From IMG/VR virus record IMGVR_UViG_3300017991_000013, positions 5,917 through 69,916 of that record: DNA of 64,000 nucleotides. One strand, given 5' to 3'. Each line of letters starts with the position of its first letter. Position 1 is the stretch's first letter. The stretch comes from a virus. The notes under the pieces are model-generated. The model was not told where the DNA came from, made no database searches, and worked only from the letters and a program-made list of their open reading frames with translations. Shown here piece after piece: positions 18,213 to 27,954 of this stretch. The position numbers were made by a program, and so were the translations under genes.

Positions 18213-20638
18213 AGTGGATCGAAGAATTGTCGGGCAAGACCTACAAGTCTGGCGACTACGAGATTCAAGGCGGGAAGGCCGAGCGGGTCTCTGACGAGGA
18301 GGCGTTGCGTCTGCTCTCTGACTTCCCGGGTCGGTTCAGACTCACGAAGGAAGACGCGGGTCTGGCAAAGCAGGCGGCGGCACTCGTGGGAGGTGTGCCG
18401 CACGCGCCGGCCGAACCGATTCACCTGATCGAGAAGGTGGACATCATCATCCCGATCATCGGGCCGCTGGAGCCCCTGTTCCAGCTGTTGGACTCGATAC
18501 CCGCGGTCATGCGACACAACGTGGTCGTGGTCAACAACAGCGGGCAAAGCTCGAAGGGTGTTCGGGCTGAGTTCCCCGAGGTCCGCTTCTTGGACAACGA
18601 GTGTAACCTCGGGTGGATCGGTGGGCTCCAGCAGGGCTTGCGGCACTGCGCGAACCCCTACGTCGTCTTCATGAACTCGGACCTCGCCCTGCCCGAGAAG
18701 GCCGACGAGATGTTCCACGACATGGTCTCGACGCTGGAGACGAACGAGAAGGCGGCGACCGTGTCCTCGCTGCGATGGGAAGGCGGCACCGACTCGACGA
18801 TGAAGGAGGCCGCCAAGAAGATTCGGGAGCTGGGCAAGTTCGTGAACCTCAAGCCCTCGACCGAACCCGCGATCGTGCAGCAGATCAACGACGAGATTCA
18901 GAAGGCGGTCGGCAAGCGGCGGGTCTTCGAGACGAAGAAGGACGTCGTGCTCTTCTGCGTCATGCTCAAGCGGGCGGCGTACGAGGAGGTCGGCGGCTTC
19001 AACGAAATCTACGGGCTCGGCTACGTGGACGACGCAGACCTGACGCGCCGCCTGCGGAACAAGGGCTGGCGGCACTTCGTGCTGGCGAGCTGGGCGATCA
19101 ACCACTTCAACAACACCTACGGCTTCAAGGACGTGCTCGGCAAGGGGTTCTGGGCCTACCACAAGAAGAACCGCGAGGTCTACAACCACTACTGGGACTC
19201 GATCCCGCAACTGCCGGTGCTCTACGTTACCTGGAACCGACTCGACTACACGAAGAAGACGCTGCCGCCGCTGCTCAAGGACCCCGACGTCTGGCTCGTC
19301 GTCGCCATCGACAACGCGTCGACGGACGGCACGCAGGAGTACCTGCGGAAGATGGAGCGCGAGTACCCCGACAAGCTGCGGGTCGTGTTGAACGAACACA
19401 ACCAGCGGGTCGCCGGAGCCATGAACCAGTTCTTCGACATGGTCGAGCCGATGCGGTACTGGGCCAAGGTCGACAACGACACGCTCTTGAAGAAGGGCGA
19501 CCTCAAGAAGTTGCTGGACCTCTTGAAGCAGAACAGCGCCGACCTGCTCCAAGCCCAGAACCAAACCTTCCGAGCGGAGAACAACCTCGTGGTCAAGGGA
19601 CACCTCGGCGGCACCGCGCTCGTCGGGAAGACATTCAAGCAGCGGGTACCCGTAACAAATCAGGTCCTCGGCTGGACTCAGTTCCAGCGGGGAGGCGAGG
19701 GCCGGAACCTCAAGAAGCTGGTCACCAATCTCGTGTCCGTCGAACTGCTCGACCACGACGAGGAAGGCAACAAGATCGACGACGAGAAGTACCCGCGCTA
19801 CAACAAGCTGATCTCGATGGCCCGCGGCTACGAGAGCACGCCGTTGAACCGAGTCGCGGTCGCGGTACCGAAGGGTCGGCCGAAGCTCTTGCACGTCATG
19901 TGCGCGTACAACGAAGAGCACCGCTACCTCGAGGCGGTCATCCGCGACACGAGGGAGCACGCCGACAGGGTGATCGTGATCGACGACGCGAGCAACGACA
20001 AGACCGCCGACGTGGCGCGGTCGCTGGGCGCGGAGGTTGTCCGCAACGAGAAGAACCTCTCGGGACAGAGCGAGACCGCGCTGCGGTCGAAGATGTGGGA
20101 GGTCGTGCGCGGCGTTCGACCCGAGTGGGTGCTGACCCTCGACGCCGACGAGCTGTTCGAGCCCGGGTCGTGGGAGACGCTGGAGAAGCTGATGGCGGGG
20201 TCGCCCGAGGAGTTCGCGGCGTACCGCTTCTACATTCTCCACATGTGGAAGGACACGCAGCACGTTCGCGTCGACAAGGCGTGGGGCGGCTACAACAACA
20301 TCCGGCTGGTGCGCTACTCTGACCGAGCGGGGCAGGCCGAGAAGAACAAGCGGTGGCACTCGGGCGGCGTTCCGCTGGAGTACCAAGGGCAAGCGATCCT
20401 TGCCAAGCCGAAGATTCTTCACCTCGGCTTCGTGCGAGAGCGGGACCGCGTCGAGAAGTACCTCAAGCACATGCAGCGCGGCGGGGCCGAGGGCGATGGG
20501 ATCGACGTCGAACATCTAATCTCAATCCTCGACGACAACCCGGAACTCCACGAGTGGACTCGCGGACTCCCCCAGCGGGTCGAACCGGTCGGCCCTCGCC
20601 GCGCCATTCAACTAAACTGGGAGCCGAGCAATGGCTAG
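18209..20638 (+). CDS. glycosyltransferase with three tandem GT2 (GT-A) domains
   Basis: IIIP/VNNS/FMNSD/GGFNE/DDAD; VTWNR/DNASTDGT/KVDND; AYNEE/DDASND/LTLDADE/HLG; GTGA overlap. Confidence 0.85.
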   Translation: MKWIEELSGKTYKSGDYEIQGGKAERVSDEEALRLLSDFPGRFRLTKEDAGLAKQAAALVGGVPHAPAEPIHLIEKVDIIIPIIGPLEPLFQLLDSIPAVMRHNVVVVNNSGQSSKGVRAEFPEVRFLDNECNLGWIGGLQQGLRHCANPYVVFMNSDLALPEKADEMFHDMVSTLETNEKAATVSSLRWEGGTDSTMKEAAKKIRELGKFVNLKPSTEPAIVQQINDEIQKAVGKRRVFETKKDVVLFCVMLKRAAYEEVGGFNEIYGLGYVDDADLTRRLRNKGWRHFVLASWAINHFNNTYGFKDVLGKGFWAYHKKNREVYNHYWDSIPQLPVLYVTWNRLDYTKKTLPPLLKDPDVWLVVAIDNASTDGTQEYLRKMEREYPDKLRVVLNEHNQRVAGAMNQFFDMVEPMRYWAKVDNDTLLKKGDLKKLLDLLKQNSADLLQAQNQTFRAENNLVVKGHLGGTALVGKTFKQRVPVTNQVLGWTQFQRGGEGRNLKKLVTNLVSVELLDHDEEGNKIDDEKYPRYNKLISMARGYESTPLNRVAVAVPKGRPKLLHVMCAYNEEHRYLEAVIRDTREHADRVIVIDDASNDKTADVARSLGAEVVRNEKNLSGQSETALRSKMWEVVRGVRPEWVLTLDADELFEPGSWETLEKLMAGSPEEFAAYRFYILHMWKDTQHVRVDKAWGGYNNIRLVRYSDRAGQAEKNKRWHSGGVPLEYQGQAILAKPKILHLGFVRERDRVEKYLKHMQRGGAEGDGIDVEHLISILDDNPELHEWTRGLPQRVEPVGPRRAIQLNWEPSNG

Positions 20639-21230
20639 CACGACAGAGGTCGAGTACGTTCAGGACTACCTCGGTATAGCGCACGGTACCGACGACACGC
20701 TGATCGGTCGGTTCATCGACGCGGTCAAGCCCGCCATCGTGAACATCTGCGGGCTGGACGTGTTCGATGTGAAGGCGGACTGGACCGAGGAGTACTCGAA
20801 CGACTCGTACCTGCGCGACGAGCTACAGCTCCGCCACGTCCCCGTGGTTTCGATCACGTCGGTGAAGCAGACGGTGGACCGCGACTGGGACACGTGCGAG
20901 GCCGAAGACCCCGACGACTACACCTTCGATCCACAGACGGGTATCCTGCAACTGATCGGGATCAAGTTCATCCGCGGGTACCAGTGCATCCAGGTGATCT
21001 ACGAGGGCGGCTCGGAAGAGATCGACGACGACGTGTTGATGGCGATGTCCATGTCGGTCGCGTTGCTCTACAACAGGGCGAAGTCCCACGCCGACGGGAT
21101 AAAGTCGGAGCGGCTCGGTGAGTACTCCGTCACCTACGGAGATAGCGCGGGACAGCAGAAGGGGCTGGACGCGCTCGTGCCCGAGACCGCTCGCGCGTTC
21201 CTCATGAAGTACACGGCGGGTCGAGTATGA
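20631..21230 (+). CDS. head-tail connector (gp6-like)
   Basis: V.DYLGI..DD.LI, PVVSITSV, Y.GG and KSERLGEYSVTY. Confidence 0.85.
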   Translation: MASTTEVEYVQDYLGIAHGTDDTLIGRFIDAVKPAIVNICGLDVFDVKADWTEEYSNDSYLRDELQLRHVPVVSITSVKQTVDRDWDTCEAEDPDDYTFDPQTGILQLIGIKFIRGYQCIQVIYEGGSEEIDDDVLMAMSMSVALLYNRAKSHADGIKSERLGEYSVTYGDSAGQQKGLDALVPETARAFLMKYTAGRV

Positions 21231-21568
21231 GCTTCCTCGGAATGCTGGAGTCCACCGGGGAGCTGCGGCACCCGGAGAACACCTACAACGCTCGCCGCGA
21301 GGTCGTGCGCGGCTGGAGCGACCCGACTACGATCCGCCTGTCGTTCCAGCCCAAGAGCGGGCAGGGCACGACGCAGGAGGACGAGGGCGTGGTGCAGGAG
21401 ATCGACGCGATGTGCTTCTGCGAGGCGAGCGTCGACGTGCGACCCGAGGATGGCGACGGCAACCGCGACAAGCTGACGGTCGACGGCGTCGACTACTACG
21501 TCTACAAGGTCGAGGACATCACGAACCGCGCACGGATCAAGCGGTTCAGTGTGAAGAGGTTCACCTAA
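21227..21568 (+). CDS. head closure protein
   Basis: Size, position and D.LTVDG.DY.V motif. Confidence 0.7.
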   Translation: MSFLGMLESTGELRHPENTYNARREVVRGWSDPTTIRLSFQPKSGQGTTQEDEGVVQEIDAMCFCEASVDVRPEDGDGNRDKLTVDGVDYYVYKVEDITNRARIKRFSVKRFT

Positions 21569-22093
21569 GTGGGGATGCCCAAGCGCGACGCTCAGGGACG
21601 CTTCGTCGCGGGCTCGGGCTCGAAGGGCAAGAAGGGGAAGCGGATCAAGGACACCTTCTCGCAGATGTTGAAGCAGATCGAGAAGCAGGTACCGAACGAG
21701 GTGCGGGAAGCGATGGAGATGGTGGCCCGCAAAGCGGAAGAGCAGGCCAAGCTCAACATTCCCGTGGAGAAGGGAACCGCGCGGCAGAGCATCACGGTCA
21801 AGGAGAAGCTCCGCAAGAACGTGTACATCTACTACCTCGGGACGAACGTGACCAGCAAGGACGGCTACCCCTACCCGGTCGTCTTGGAGTTCGGGTCCAA
21901 GTGGGTGACCGTCGGGACGCCGCGTAGTCCGCTCAAGTCGTGGCCCGCGAAGCAAGAGAGGGGCGGCGGCTGGGACATCATGCCGTGGCTGCGACCCGCG
22001 ATCCGCTCGGTGCAGAGGCTGATGGAGAAGTCGCTGGCGAAGGCCATCGGGAAGTCGGCGGGTAGGTTCAAGGTGAGGGAGCGAAGAGGGTGA
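21569..22093 (+). CDS. HK97 gp10-like neck/tail-completion protein
   Basis: PV..G..R.SI, Y..VLEFGS and PWLRPA; N-terminal RDAQGRF. Confidence 0.8.
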   Translation: MGMPKRDAQGRFVAGSGSKGKKGKRIKDTFSQMLKQIEKQVPNEVREAMEMVARKAEEQAKLNIPVEKGTARQSITVKEKLRKNVYIYYLGTNVTSKDGYPYPVVLEFGSKWVTVGTPRSPLKSWPAKQERGGGWDIMPWLRPAIRSVQRLMEKSLAKAIGKSAGRFKVRERRG

Positions 22094-22758
22094 AGACCGC
22101 GATCGGCATCCTGACCCACGCTCGGCCCGAGAAGTTCCAACGGGCCCTGTGGTCAGCGATCTACCAAGAGCCGGACGCGATCTACGTCTGCTTCGCGGGA
22201 CAGCGTTATGAACTGACCGAGAAGCTGAACGAGAGCTTCGAGGAGATCGAGGGCTACGGACCATGGATCGGGAGGTCGCGAGCGTCGATAGCGAACCACG
22301 CGTTCCGCGACGGGTGCCACGCACTGATCGAGCTGGACGACGACGATGTGATGTTGAACGGCGCGTACGAGAGGATGAAGGGTGCGCTCGGTCGGGTCGA
22401 CGTGGTCTACGGTGACTTCGTGGTGCACACCGACCACGAGCAGAAGACCATCGAGAAGCCGGAGTACGAGCGCGGCCTCTTCAAGAGCGGGTGTCACAGC
22501 AACGGGGTGCGCGGCTACACGATAGCGGCGTACCTGCGAGCGGGGAAGCACAACAAGTTCCTCAAGCTGTGTTCCGACTTCGACCTCTTCCTGCGCTTCG
22601 ACATGGACGAGGACACTGAGCTGCTTCGTGTACCCGACGGTCCGCTCGCGGTGGTCGGGGTCGAGGGCGACAACCTATCGGTCGAGCAGTGGCCCGAACA
22701 GATGTCGGTGGGCCAAGCACTGGTCCGGGCATATTACCCGGAGGAGGTCAAGGCGTGA
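22090..22758 (+). CDS. GT2-family glycosyltransferase
   Basis: LDDDD (DxD), DVVYGD and DFDLFLR. Confidence 0.8.
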   Translation: MKTAIGILTHARPEKFQRALWSAIYQEPDAIYVCFAGQRYELTEKLNESFEEIEGYGPWIGRSRASIANHAFRDGCHALIELDDDDVMLNGAYERMKGALGRVDVVYGDFVVHTDHEQKTIEKPEYERGLFKSGCHSNGVRGYTIAAYLRAGKHNKFLKLCSDFDLFLRFDMDEDTELLRVPDGPLAVVGVEGDNLSVEQWPEQMSVGQALVRAYYPEEVKA

Positions 22759-23756
22759 GGGTACTGGTCACCGGGGGCTGCGGGTTCATCGGCTCGCACA
22801 TTGCGAACGGTCTCGCCAAGCGCGGGCACACCGTGGTCGCGTACGACAACATGTCGGGCGGCTCGATGGACAACGTGGACACGCACAGTGTCCGAGTGGT
22901 CGTGGGCGACTGCGCCGACGTCGAGAACATGGACCAGATAGCGAACCGCTTCCGACCCGAGGTCGTGTACCACCTCGCGGCGAACGCGAGGGAGGGCGCG
23001 TCGTTCTTCGATCCGCGCCGAGTGGTCAAGGATAACCTCTTCGGCTTCACGACGGTGCTGGAGCGGTGCCTCGCCGCGAACGGCGTCAAGAAGGTCGTGA
23101 TGTTTTCGAGCATGGCGATCTACGGGATCGGGTCACCGCCCTTCAACGAGGACGACGACCCGAAGCCGTGTGATGTCTACGGCGTAGCGAAGGCCGCGAT
23201 GGAGCAGACCCTGCGGTGCATGGCAGGGGCGCACGGGTTCGAGTGGACGATCATCCGACCGCACAACGTCTTCGGTCCCGGGCAGCGGCTCGACGACCCC
23301 TACCGCAATGTCGTCGGCATCTTCACCAACCGAGCCATGCGCGGCGAGCCGATCTACATGTATGGCGAGGGGCACGAGCGTGCGTTCTCCTACATCGACG
23401 ACTCCCTGACCATGTACCTGCGAGCGGTCGACGACGACAAGTTCGACGGGCGCGTGGTGAACGTGGGCGGCGAGGAAGTGGTCACGATCCGCGAGCTGGC
23501 CATCGAGGTGCTCAAGAACTTCCCGCTGTCTCGCTCGAAGATCAAGGTCCTGCCACCGCGGTACGGCGAGGTCAAGCACGCGTACTGCGAGCACCCCGTC
23601 GCGAGGTCACTGGGCTTCGAGCCGATGACCCCGCTGGCCGAGGGCGTGCGCCGCTACTGCGAGTGGGCGAAGCGGCAGGGCAAGAAGGACTGGCGGTACG
23701 AGGGCCTCGCAATCGAGAGCGACCTCATGCCCGAGACGTGGCGTGAGAAAAAGTAG
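22755..23756 (+). CDS. NAD-dependent nucleotide-sugar epimerase/dehydratase
   Basis: VLVTGGCGFIGS, HLAA, SSMAIYG, YGVAK and RPHNVFGP. Confidence 0.92.
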   Translation: MRVLVTGGCGFIGSHIANGLAKRGHTVVAYDNMSGGSMDNVDTHSVRVVVGDCADVENMDQIANRFRPEVVYHLAANAREGASFFDPRRVVKDNLFGFTTVLERCLAANGVKKVVMFSSMAIYGIGSPPFNEDDDPKPCDVYGVAKAAMEQTLRCMAGAHGFEWTIIRPHNVFGPGQRLDDPYRNVVGIFTNRAMRGEPIYMYGEGHERAFSYIDDSLTMYLRAVDDDKFDGRVVNVGGEEVVTIRELAIEVLKNFPLSRSKIKVLPPRYGEVKHAYCEHPVARSLGFEPMTPLAEGVRRYCEWAKRQGKKDWRYEGLAIESDLMPETWREKK

Positions 23757-23777
23757 ACCACGCGTAGGAGGTGAAGG

Positions 23778-24050
23778 ATGAAGTTGGACATCAAGGAGAT
23801 TCTCTTCGGGCTGTTCCGCAGTCGCAAGTTCCGCACCGTGGTGCTGGGCTTCGTGGTTGCGCTGGCGGTCAAGAAGGGATGGCTCGGTGAGATGTCGCCG
23901 GAGTCCCAAGCGGACCTGCTCAACATGCTGGTCCTCGGGGTTGGCGCACTCGTCGGTGCCACCGCGCTCGAAGACAGCGCGGAGAAGCTGGGCTCGGGCG
24001 TAGGCAAGGGCTCGTTGCCAGCACCGAAGGAAAAGGGCAAGGGCAAGTAG
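23778..24050 (+). CDS. putative holin
   Basis: 90 aa, SRKF motif, two hydrophobic segments, basic C-terminus. Confidence 0.6.
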   Translation: MKLDIKEILFGLFRSRKFRTVVLGFVVALAVKKGWLGEMSPESQADLLNMLVLGVGALVGATALEDSAEKLGSGVGKGSLPAPKEKGKGK

Positions 24051-24062
24051 AGGAGACCGAGC

Positions 24063-24284
24063 GTGGCGATCTTCTTAGTTGTCGTCAAGCTCGTGACCCT
24101 GCTGTTGGGCGCGTGGCTGGACCCGGACGCGAGGCGGAAGCGGGAGAAGCTCAAGGGGGCGCGCTCACTCCTTCGGGACTTCGACCGCTACGCCGAAGCG
24201 GTCTTGAGTGAAGATGGGGAGGCGGTCGATGCCGTTCTGGAAGACCTGGATCGGAAGTATCGTTCTCGCGCTGGCTCTCGGTAG
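24063..24284 (+). CDS. i-spanin-like membrane protein
   Basis: N-terminal TM then a charged helix; overlaps a lipoprotein gene. Confidence 0.5.
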   Translation: MAIFLVVVKLVTLLLGAWLDPDARRKREKLKGARSLLRDFDRYAEAVLSEDGEAVDAVLEDLDRKYRSRAGSR

Positions 24285-24606
24285 CGTCGCTGGTTGCAAG
24301 CGTCGCGTGGTCTACGTCGAGGGGAAGCGGACCCATTGGCTTGAGTCGGGCCAGCCCGCGCCTTACAGCGGCTACCTGGTCGAGAAGGGCAAGCTCTTGA
24401 CCCTGCTCAAGAGGGCGCGGGAGAACGTCGGCACAGAGGCGCCCGCTGAGAAGACAACGCCCGCGGTCAAGAGAGAAGAGACGGTCGCGGAAACAACGTC
24501 GCCTGTGAGCGATCCAGGCGCGACTAAGAGCACGCCATGGGTGGCGTACGGGGTGATCGGCGCACTGATCGTCGGTCTGTTCCTCTGGAACCGCAAGAAG
24601 GGGTGA
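24229..24606 (+). CDS. lipoprotein with C-terminal TM segment (spanin-like)
   Basis: Lipobox VAGC; C-terminal PWVAYGVIGALIVGLFLW-NRKKG. Confidence 0.6.
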   Translation: MPFWKTWIGSIVLALALGSVAGCKRRVVYVEGKRTHWLESGQPAPYSGYLVEKGKLLTLLKRARENVGTEAPAEKTTPAVKREETVAETTSPVSDPGATKSTPWVAYGVIGALIVGLFLWNRKKG

Positions 24607-24610
24607 CACC

Positions 24611-24940
24611 TTGCCAGAAGACACGCGAGATACGAAACCTCTCGACGCGGTGCCAGAGAAGCCGCCGGGCTTCGATAAGCTACCCGTGGAAGACCAGACG
24701 GTTATTCGACAGTTTCAGAGTAACCCCGATCCTGTGATTGGGCTGGCGTACGTCATGACGAAGGTGGCGCAGGTCTCTGCTCACCAGACCACGGTCGGGT
24801 TGGAGTGCGCGGACCGACACAAGGTGGTGGATGCGAAGCTCAGAGGCTTCGAGAGACTCAAGTGGATCGGCGCTGGGGTGCTGCTGGTACTGAGTGCCAT
24901 CAAGGCGTGGGTGCTGACCAAGGTGCTTGGCGCACCGTAG
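24611..24940 (+). CDS. membrane protein with C-terminal TM (lysis-region)
   Basis: Helical body followed by KWIGAGVLLVLSAI. Confidence 0.5.
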   Translation: MPEDTRDTKPLDAVPEKPPGFDKLPVEDQTVIRQFQSNPDPVIGLAYVMTKVAQVSAHQTTVGLECADRHKVVDAKLRGFERLKWIGAGVLLVLSAIKAWVLTKVLGAP

Positions 24941-24950
24941 GGAGAGAACG

Positions 24951-25178
24951 ATGTCGATCAAGGAGCTGGATAGCCCCATCGAGTTACCCGGGCGGACGAT
25001 CTCGAAATTCCGCGTGAACTTCAACTCCATCAGTATCTGTTCGCTGGAAGCTGACGGGGTGACCGAGGTGGGGCATGACCCGCTCGACCTGAAGGAAGAA
25101 GACCTAGAAGCGGATGACGCGTTGCGGGTCGAGCTGGAACGCGTGGCAGCGGCGCACCTTCAAACGCTGACGGAGTGA
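24951..25178 (+). CDS. hypothetical protein
   Basis: GGGAG SD, ATG at 24951. Confidence 0.5.
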   Translation: MSIKELDSPIELPGRTISKFRVNFNSISICSLEADGVTEVGHDPLDLKEEDLEADDALRVELERVAAAHLQTLTE

Positions 25179-25182
25179 CGAG

Positions 25183-25716
25183 ATGGCTGACACACCGAGA
25201 AACATAACCGACCTGCTCGCACTGCTCGCGGACAACGTCGGGCAAGACATCTCGCCGCAGGACCTGCGAGACTTCCTCGTCAGCGTGCTGGGCGAGTACG
25301 CGCAGATATATGTCCACGACGGGGCGACCGCGCAGTCGGGCATCACCACGACCCCGGTGAAGATGACCGGGTGGGCAACCGACGGGGACGACGAGGGGAA
25401 CCTCGACGCCGACGCAGCCAGCGATCGCATCAACGTCGACGAGACGATGGACGTGGAGGTCATCTTTCAGTGCTCGTTCTCGGGCTCTGCGAACACGACC
25501 TTCGAGTTCCACGCGTACGTCAGCGGTGAGCAGACGCAGGGGGCGTGCAAGCGGAAGCTCGGCGCGGGTGGCGACGTGGGTAGCTGTAGCTTCACCTGCC
25601 TCCTCAAGGGCTTGACCAACACCGACGCCATCGAGGTCTATGTGGAGTCGGACAACGGTGGTGGAGCTTCCATGACCCCGGTGCACGCGCAGTTGGTGGT
25701 AAAGAGGGTTCGCTAG
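25183..25716 (+). CDS. virion structural protein (C1q/TNF-like C-terminal domain suspected)
   Basis: L.DN..QDISPQDLRD N-terminus; beta-rich end D.IEVYV. Confidence 0.55.
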   Translation: MADTPRNITDLLALLADNVGQDISPQDLRDFLVSVLGEYAQIYVHDGATAQSGITTTPVKMTGWATDGDDEGNLDADAASDRINVDETMDVEVIFQCSFSGSANTTFEFHAYVSGEQTQGACKRKLGAGGDVGSCSFTCLLKGLTNTDAIEVYVESDNGGGASMTPVHAQLVVKRVR

Positions 25717-27954
25717 ATGGCTGATCGGTTCTACGTAGGCGGCGGGGCGTTCGACGAGGGGTTCGACCTCGGGTTCCTCCTGTTCGCGCTCTGGGACGAC
25801 ACCGCGAACTGGTCCACCTCCTCTGGTGGAGCGGGCGGCGCCAGCGTGCCCGGGTCCGGGGACGTCGCGATCTTCGACGCGAACAGCGGGAGCTGTCTCT
25901 GCGATGTCAAGCCGAACGTGCAGAAGCTCGACCTGCAGTCGGGCTACGATCACAAGCTCGACTTCGATACCTACGGCGCGACGATCGGGAGCGGAGGGTG
26001 CGTGGTCGCCGACGGCGAGCTGGACATGGGTTCGGCGAAGGTCGACATCAACGCGACGTCTGCGGGCACCGGGTTCTTCCAGAGCGGCGGCGAGGTCACG
26101 CTGACCAGCGATACCTGCGAGGTCAACGGGGACTTCGAGCGCAGTGCGGGCACGTTGAACCACAACAGTGGTACCGTGTTCATGCTTCGCGTCGTTGCGG
26201 CAGACCGAGACCTCGATGTCAACGGGGCCACGCTCTACAACGTCTCCATCACCTACGGGGCCTACGGCATCGACCTAGACAGCGACATGACCATCGATAC
26301 CGGAGGCTTGCTCAAGCTGAACGACCTCCGCGACCTCGCGGGCGCGAACACCATCACGCTGCTCGGGGACATGGAGACCAGCGAGACGAGCGCCAACTAC
26401 GGGACGCGAGCAACGGTCCACGTCGTGGGAACGGGCGCGCAAGAGATCAAGGGCACGTCGGTCACAGGTAACCGCATCTTCCCCATCAGCGGTCTCATCG
26501 TCGACAAGCCCAGCGGGACTCTGACCTTCACCAACAAGATCAAGTTCCAGAGCAACACCCTCGTGATCGAGTACATCCGAGGCGACTGCGACTGGACGGG
26601 GTGCACGAACTTCCACCTCGACGGACACCACTCTACGATCAAGTGCACCGCAGACTGGACGATCGAGCCCACGCAGTTTGAGATTCACACGGACGCGTTC
26701 AACTTCTACATCTCCACGGGCATCCTCACGCTGGCGAGCGGGTGCACCTTGCAGGGCAGCGCCTACGGGAACCTCGTGAGCAGTGCCGGCGGCGAGGTGC
26801 ACCTCCAAGGCGACGCGAACTTCAACAGCGACATCACCGAGTACCCGTCCACCGCGAAGTTCGTGGCCAACGGCACCGGAGCACAGACGGTGCAGGGAAC
26901 CGGGCAGGTCACCAAGCTGGTCATCGACAAGCCCTCTGGAACCCTCACCCTCGGGAGCATCGCCATCGGTGGGGACACCTCGGTTCGACCGCAGTTCGAG
27001 TACATCCAAGGCGACGTGGACACCACGGGCAGCACGATCGAGATTGGTGACGGTGCGTACGACAGCCATCGGATCAAGACCCGCGATCTCGAACTGAATA
27101 ACCTGACCATTAACCCACAGGGTTCCTACAACTTCGACGCGGATGGTCCGTGCATCGTAAAGGGAAAGCTGCTCGTAAGCTCAGTCTACAACTTCGGGCA
27201 GATCAACGGCGGCTACATCGATGTGCACGGAGACTTTGAGTTCAACGATACGAGCACCGTCGGCAGCGATTGCCCCGTCAACCTCGTGGGCGATGGTGCG
27301 CAGTCGCTCCTCTGTGACGGCGGAGACCTCGGCGGCGTAGAACTGACCATCGACAAGCCGAGCGGCACCGTTTCTCTCGGCGAGAACTTCGCGCCGACTG
27401 GCTGGACGGCCGACCTGACAGTCACTCGCGGCGAGCTAGACACCGCTGGTTACGACGTGGTCATGGCGGGGCGTACGTTCACCCTCGGGGCTTATGGAAA
27501 GTTCCGCGCCAAGGGTGACGAGACCTTTACCATCGGGACGGTCGACTGTCAGACGGGGTCCACGGTAGAGTTCTACGACGCGGCGGCGACCGCGGTGGTA
27601 ACGAACTTCACGAAGACCTACTATAACCTCGAACTCGGGGCGAGCAAGACGCATCAGGTTGCCTCGGGGGTGGGGAACGGCATCGTGGTCAACGGTGTCC
27701 TCAAGAGTCTCGGCACCAGCGGGACCCGAGCGGTGCTCCGTTCGACGACGCCCGCGACTCAGTGGGAGCTGGACTTGCAGGGAACGAGCTGGCTCTACGA
27801 CGCGGCGGACATCCAAGACGGGGACGCCTCCGCAGGGAACGACGTCTACTGCGTGGGTTCGCTCGACAGCGGGAACAACACGGCGGACTTCATCTTCTCC
27901 ATCACCCCGTCGGCCAGCGGTTACCGCCCCGGCGTGAGGAGGCACAATGTTTAA
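25717..27954 (+). CDS. beta-helix tail fibre/spike-like protein
   Basis: NWS.SSGG.GGASVP..D.AIFD start; three G.GAQ..L.IDKPSGT repeats. Confidence 0.7.
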   Translation: MADRFYVGGGAFDEGFDLGFLLFALWDDTANWSTSSGGAGGASVPGSGDVAIFDANSGSCLCDVKPNVQKLDLQSGYDHKLDFDTYGATIGSGGCVVADGELDMGSAKVDINATSAGTGFFQSGGEVTLTSDTCEVNGDFERSAGTLNHNSGTVFMLRVVAADRDLDVNGATLYNVSITYGAYGIDLDSDMTIDTGGLLKLNDLRDLAGANTITLLGDMETSETSANYGTRATVHVVGTGAQEIKGTSVTGNRIFPISGLIVDKPSGTLTFTNKIKFQSNTLVIEYIRGDCDWTGCTNFHLDGHHSTIKCTADWTIEPTQFEIHTDAFNFYISTGILTLASGCTLQGSAYGNLVSSAGGEVHLQGDANFNSDITEYPSTAKFVANGTGAQTVQGTGQVTKLVIDKPSGTLTLGSIAIGGDTSVRPQFEYIQGDVDTTGSTIEIGDGAYDSHRIKTRDLELNNLTINPQGSYNFDADGPCIVKGKLLVSSVYNFGQINGGYIDVHGDFEFNDTSTVGSDCPVNLVGDGAQSLLCDGGDLGGVELTIDKPSGTVSLGENFAPTGWTADLTVTRGELDTAGYDVVMAGRTFTLGAYGKFRAKGDETFTIGTVDCQTGSTVEFYDAAATAVVTNFTKTYYNLELGASKTHQVASGVGNGIVVNGVLKSLGTSGTRAVLRSTTPATQWELDLQGTSWLYDAADIQDGDASAGNDVYCVGSLDSGNNTADFIFSITPSASGYRPGVRRHNV

